Source of the DNA: Promethearchaeota archaeon
GTDB taxonomy: Archaea > Asgardarchaeota > Lokiarchaeia > Sigyniarchaeales > SOKP01
Length of the DNA stretch: 11,509 bases
NCBI GenBank assembly: GCA_048941265.1
Contig: JBHLNT010000131.1
Coordinates: forward strand, 1-11,509
Direction: 5' to 3'
Of the stretch, positions 7,444 to 11,509 are shown piece after piece. The number at the start of each line of letters is the position of its first letter. Within the stretch, counting starts at the first letter, position 1. The notes below the pieces were generated by a model. The model did no database searches and was not told where the DNA came from. It saw only the letters and a list, made by a program, of their open reading frames with translations. The translations under genes and the position numbers were made by a program.

Positions 7444-8125
7444 TCTCGGTATTGGCTCTTTCAGACCACTCAATAAAATTCTTAACTAAAGTATTATCCA
7501 CGCAGTTAATTTGGACAATGGTATGGTTATTGGAACTTCCGAAATTATAGGCAATATAACTGTGGTTGGAGTTTAATAGATAAATAGCATTATCGTGATT
7601 AGTCAGTAAATTGCTGGTTATATTATTGTAATTTGAACAATTGAGATAAATACCCGAATGTTGGTTATCCCATAAATAATTCCCACTAATTTCATTATTG
7701 TTAGAGCGATTGAACACAATGCCATAGTGATTATTTGAATAAATGTAATTATAATTTATGGCATTCTTCGAACAATTGAAAAGCTTTATCCCTGCAATGC
7801 TATTATCTCGAAAGTAACAATCATACACTTTGCCCTTGGACACATTATGGATAAAAAGCCCATAGCTCGCATTAAACACCGTACAATTAATTAGGGAGAA
7901 GAACTTATTGGTGTTATTGATGAGAATTCCATAAGTGTTGCCGTTAGCGTCGATTTTTTTATCCCGAATAATATAGGGATTTGCCAATGTGCCATTGCCG
8001 GAAGAGGCAGTTTGATTTAATTCATAATTACTGTTAATAATAATTATTTGCCCGTTTGAAGAGATTTTTAATATAATATTTTCAGGTGTTTCAATATTAA
8101 TCCGATTTATAAGGCTTTCGTCCAA
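7310..8125 (-). CDS. Right-handed parallel beta-helix (NosD-like) protein, probably a truncated fragment
   Basis: SGNGTLANPYII motif and repeated GIxLxxSxxNxIxxNxI units. No signal peptide. The last ~44 aa are the antisense of the LRR remnant. Confidence 0.8.
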   Translation of the reverse strand: MDESLINRINIETPENIILKISSNGQIIIINSNYELNQTASSGNGTLANPYIIRDKKIDANGNTYGILINNTNKFFSLINCTVFNASYGLFIHNVSKGKVYDCYFRDNSIAGIKLFNCSKNAINYNYIYSNNHYGIVFNRSNNNEISGNYLWDNQHSGIYLNCSNYNNITSNLLTNHDNAIYLLNSNHSYIAYNFGSSNNHTIVQINCVDNTLVKNFIEWSERANTEIKFLSLVISCGMLSISLARKYNTRKFLSLVMHGGISFILEEPDS

Positions 8126-8301
8126 ATCTTTTATAAGTATGTATCGTCTAGCTTATTTAAAGCAAGATATTTTTATTACCTTTAATCTTAAAATAAAATT
8201 TTTTTCATAATTATTTTTTTGACATTTTTATTAAACTTTAAATTGCTCAGTAGATAATAACTTCTTATAAAATAAAAAACAATTCCGATTTCCATTTATT
8301 T

Positions 8302-9108
8302 ATGACAGAAATTACTGAGAAGTATAAATCTTTAAATAAAGATCTGAATGCTATTATTCCAAAAATTTCCAAAATCGTAGATTATAATGAGTTAGATGCC
8401 TTAGAGTTCTTGGCACTAAAAAGAACTAGAAATTATCGTATTATTTCCTCCTTAAAATTTATCTGTATAGCTTATATACTAATCTATTTATTATTTATTA
8501 TTTTTTTTCCTCCTGAGTTTAACGGTTTGATGGACTATGTGGTTTTTTGGATTAGCCTTATGGTTCCTATTGGTATTTACTCGGTCTTATGGGCTCATAC
8601 GGTGGTCTACCATAACTATAGTTTACCTTATTATTATAGACAGAGGAAAATGCTAAAACATTATCAGAAAATGTTAAATTTACTTTTTAATAACAATTGG
8701 CTGAAAAATAGTATAGGTAATTCCCCTGAAAAGGCAATTGATGATCTCAATAATAAAATCGATAATTTTTCAACTATTTTTAAATCAGTGAGTTTTTATA
8801 TTAAAAGTTTCAGCATTTTAACAATAGTTGTCTCTATCGTATCACGTATTATTTTTGATATTATTATAAGTCAAGTCCAAAATACTGACTTTCGAGAACA
8901 AGAATTTAAAATAATGATATATATTATGGTAGTTTTCGGCGTTTTTATTTCCTTGTATCTATTCCTGACCCTAGAGTCTAAACAAACCTATGGTGAGGTA
9001 AGACGTGCCCTTACTAAAGAACAAGATAAAGTGAACAAAAATTTTAAGACGATTCTTGAATGCGTGAAAAAACTTTTTAAAGAAAGCAAAGGTCAATTCT
9101 TTAAATAA
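8302..9108 (+). CDS. Hypothetical membrane protein (~4 TM helices in two hairpins)
   Basis: 268-aa ATG ORF with hydrophobic segments near aa 50-70, 79-103, 163-190 and 204-224. Confidence 0.8.
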   Translation: MTEITEKYKSLNKDLNAIIPKISKIVDYNELDALEFLALKRTRNYRIISSLKFICIAYILIYLLFIIFFPPEFNGLMDYVVFWISLMVPIGIYSVLWAHTVVYHNYSLPYYYRQRKMLKHYQKMLNLLFNNNWLKNSIGNSPEKAIDDLNNKIDNFSTIFKSVSFYIKSFSILTIVVSIVSRIIFDIIISQVQNTDFREQEFKIMIYIMVVFGVFISLYLFLTLESKQTYGEVRRALTKEQDKVNKNFKTILECVKKLFKESKGQFFK

Positions 9109-9187
9109 TCCTTAGATTCCAATTTAAATATTTTAATTGCAATAAGTACCTCGCATTTATATATTGTTCCGGAGCCAATATTAATTT

Positions 9188-9418
9188 ATGTCAATAAAAG
9201 ACACTATCTGTACGAAACCTTGCTTTGATTGCGGCCAAGAGCTAACGTTCCAGGAGTTTTGTAGTAATAACCCATCTTAAACCCCAGAAAGAGCACTCGA
9301 ATTATTCGAAGACCCATTCCTCTCCGTATATTGCCCGAAGTGCTTTTTCAACAGACCTGAAAAGCCATTTAAAACAAAAAGAAGGAATTTTAATTCTGCC
9401 TTCAGAGTAAATTATTAA
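9188..9418 (+). pseudogene. Small CxxC...CxxC zinc-finger protein with one in-frame TAA
   Basis: MSIKDTICTKPCFDCGQELTFQEFCSNNPS*TPERALELFEDPFLSVYCPKCFFNRPEKPFKTKRRNFNSAFRVNY. The stop at 9278-9280 separates the two Cys pairs. Confidence 0.8.
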
Positions 9419-9448
9419 TTTTTGTTTTATTCTTTTTTGCTATTTTTG
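9419..9448 (+). terminator. Putative archaeal oligo-T terminator
   Basis: Several T4-T6 runs directly after the stop codon at 9418. Confidence 0.4.
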
Positions 9449-9653
9449 AATCAGAACTCTAATGCCTAAATAGAGATATACATATTTGGAAAGCCAAATG
9501 ACTTGGAATGATCTAAGACCTTTACTTAAATCCTTTTAAATTATTTAAAAGTAAAAAGATATTTACTCTTTAATAAAAATACGACATTAATATTTAAAAT
9601 TATAAATAATCTAATCCTAATACCGTATAACAAACAATCACCGTGAAAATATA

Positions 9654-9803
9654 TTGAAAATAAGTATAGAATTAAAAGAAAAAAAGCGACAGAAAATCGT
9701 TATGGCTTTTTGTCAGGAATTCAGAGAAAAGCAAAAACAAGTCTCAATTAAAAATATAGAATATGGAAGAATAATGAATTTAGACAAATGGCTATGGGAC
9801 TAA
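9654..9803 (+). CDS. Possible small basic protein or gene tail (49 aa)
   Basis: TTG-start ORF LKISIELKEKKRQKIVMAFCQEFREKQKQVSIKNIEYGRIMNLDKWLWD, followed by a T11 run at 9846-9856. Confidence 0.3.
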   Translation: MKISIELKEKKRQKIVMAFCQEFREKQKQVSIKNIEYGRIMNLDKWLWD

Positions 9804-10004
9804 CCAATACCTAAATTGTCATTCCTCCATATATACCTATATTTATTTTTTTTTTTAAACTTGTTTTCTTACTCTGTTAATAAATATCTATAATTGAGCT
9901 TCAGCCTTTTGGAAAAAAGAAGTTTCAATAAGAATAAAATATTTTTCTTTATAACTATAGGGTCAGATAGAAGATATATATAATATATTTTATAATGATA
10001 AACA

Positions 10005-10310
10005 ATGACCGATGAAGTAGTAAAAGAAGGAAAGATTGTTGAAGTCATGGACGGCACAAAAAAGATTACCCGGAGCTACACATACGGCTATTTGTCACTA
10101 CGAATCCAAGTCGGGTTTGAATATTATTCCGTTTTGGTAAATTCCTCCCACTTGAACCGTTTTGGGTTCCTCCCGAGAGTTGGACAATGGGTTCGTGTGA
10201 AAGGGCGGTTGTTTCCTTCGGAGGATGGTTTTTACGATCCCTCAATTAAATGGGTATCGGAGTTAACCCATATCGAGCCCCCTAAAAAAGAATTTAAAAG
10301 ATACGAATGA
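10005..10310 (+). CDS. Stand-alone OB-fold protein (putative nucleic-acid binding)
   Basis: VVKEGKIVEV...YLSLRIQ...YSVLV...LPRVGQWVRVKGRL matches the OB-fold strand pattern. Confidence 0.75.
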   Translation: MTDEVVKEGKIVEVMDGTKKITRSYTYGYLSLRIQVGFEYYSVLVNSSHLNRFGFLPRVGQWVRVKGRLFPSEDGFYDPSIKWVSELTHIEPPKKEFKRYE

Positions 10311-10475
10311 ACAATATCCAAACTTTATATCTTTACAATTAAACAGGGGCAATGGGTATCCAAACAGACCATATTTATCTCTCATTTCTTTTAACATACG
10401 AGAGCATTGCATCGTCGTGCTATGTGACAATATTAGTTCATTTAAATCTATTATAGCTTTTTTTTGTAATGACAT
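10263..10475 (-). CDS. Small hypothetical protein
   Basis: 70-aa ATG ORF filling an otherwise empty gap. Its 3' end overlaps the OB-fold gene by 48 bp. Confidence 0.4.
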   Translation of the reverse strand: MSLQKKAIIDLNELILSHSTTMQCSRMLKEMRDKYGLFGYPLPLFNCKDIKFGYCSFVSFKFFFRGLDMG

Positions 10476-10582
10476 AAATTGTCATTATTGATACAATTTT
10501 ATGGATTTTAGACATTTAAGTGAAATACTTTTATACTTAAGTGTCATATTATGATTTTGAAATCTAATTTTTAGATTTTAAA

Positions 10583-10588
10583 AGGTGA
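10583..10588 (+). promoter_or_regulatory. Shine-Dalgarno site
   Basis: AGGTGA 7 nt upstream of ATG 10596. Confidence 0.65.
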
Positions 10589-10595
10589 AATGAAA

Positions 10596-11509
10596 ATGAA
10601 ATCTAAACAAAAAGCTAAACTAATTTTGTTAGTTTTAAGTATGATTTTAATCATACCGGTGGTTAATATCAACCTAACTACGAATCGAATTCAAATCGAA
10701 CAAGAAAATATTGAGATTTCAGACGAAACAAATGATACTGAAAATGATGATACCGCAACAACAGAGAATCCTTCCAGCTCGGGGGCTGAATACGTGGGAA
10801 TAAATAAAACGATAACCGCAGGAGTACAAACAAATGCATGGAATGAAGACAACATAAAGTATAATGATTCCAGTTATGATGAGACTGACTTTGCGCTGAC
10901 CTCTACCGATATTCATAAGGAATCAGCACATTATGCATGGGCACATGGAGTAGGTACCGATGAGGGAACTACAGGGGGTATTAGCGTAAACAGTGCGCTT
11001 CGGGATAACGATAATCAATATCTCTATGTTCATTATAATCCCGATCTGGACGATTGGGAATTTCCCGATGATATAAGAATAGAATGGGGATACTATTCAA
11101 ATTTCCAAAGTTCGCTTCATAGAGGTGTATATCAAATAAAAATCAAATATGAGATAATGCCAAAATATGGTGGCTGGAATCCATGGGGAGATGTAGGGAA
11201 TAATCTCAAAATAAAATTTAAAACCAGCGATGGATCTTGGGGTGAGTGGATTGCGATTAAAAGAGGAATCGTTGAAGATGGAAAAACTTATTATGGTACC
11301 ATTACTATTGACGATACCAATCCTTTAGAAGCAGATATAGGAACCATATTGTCTTCCGTGAGGAGGGGCTATTGGATTAAAACAATCGAGGTAAAGATGG
11401 AGCCCTATTATGCGGATACAAAAATCTGTGTTGATTATCTCGATATTTATTATTCTTATTATCAAAAAGAAGTCGATTTTGAATATGAAATGGAGCTCGA
11501 TGGAAATGA
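10596..11509 (+). CDS. Large secreted/cell-surface protein (continues beyond window)
   Basis: Open for 304 codons to the edge. MKSKQKAKLILLVLSMILIIPVV signal peptide/anchor, an acidic linker, then beta-rich W/Y/D/G sequence (GSWGEW, ICVDYLDIYY) with N-x-S/T sequons. Confidence 0.9.
   Translation, partial: MKSKQKAKLILLVLSMILIIPVVNINLTTNRIQIEQENIEISDETNDTENDDTATTENPSSSGAEYVGINKTITAGVQTNAWNEDNIKYNDSSYDETDFALTSTDIHKESAHYAWAHGVGTDEGTTGGISVNSALRDNDNQYLYVHYNPDLDDWEFPDDIRIEWGYYSNFQSSLHRGVYQIKIKYEIMPKYGGWNPWGDVGNNLKIKFKTSDGSWGEWIAIKRGIVEDGKTYYGTITIDDTNPLEADIGTILSSVRRGYWIKTIEVKMEPYYADTKICVDYLDIYYSYYQKEVDFEYEMELDGN

Noticed and set aside
2528-9280. Stop-codon recoding (pyrrolysine or alternative code) to explain in-frame stops
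   Set aside because: The stops are a mix of TAA and TAG, correspond to different sense codons in paralogous copies, and intact genes end with TAA, TAG and TGA.
9869-10057. 62-aa minus-strand ORF
   Set aside because: Low-complexity translation of AT-rich upstream DNA overlapping the OB-fold gene start.
10719-10916. 65-aa minus-strand ORF
   Set aside because: Shadow of the large secreted protein.
1-11509. CRISPR array, tRNA/rRNA, transposase or integrase
   Set aside because: No regularly spaced short repeats, GC-rich structured RNA segments or recombinase motifs were seen.

Overview
AT-rich archaeal-looking window, most consistent with an Asgard (Lokiarchaeia-like) genome. This is an inference from gene content: a Rab-like small GTPase without a prenylation tail, a zinc-ribbon membrane protein, an RpoM/TFS-type zinc ribbon, a GxGTxxPYII beta-helix protein, LRR remnants and an AGGTGA Shine-Dalgarno. 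It is a plastic accessory region of short unrelated genes, several of them decaying. Two long genes missing from the ORF track run off the window edges: a minus-strand W-rich motif + RHH + HisKA + REC regulator with no kinase ATPase domain in the visible 307 codons (1-923), and a large secreted protein (10596-11509). The main highlights are (1) a phycobilisome-linker-like domain fused to a fascin-like beta-trefoil; (2) the RHH-HisKA-REC regulator; (3) two dispersed direct-repeat pairs, namely a ~90-bp upstream/start segment bracketing a radical SAM-LRR remnant-HNH block and a 142-bp LRR segment shared by complementary gene halves; (4) a TFS paralogue lacking the cleavage domain. No rRNA, tRNA, CRISPR array or transposase was recognised. 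All family calls come from motif recognition by eye, not database searches.
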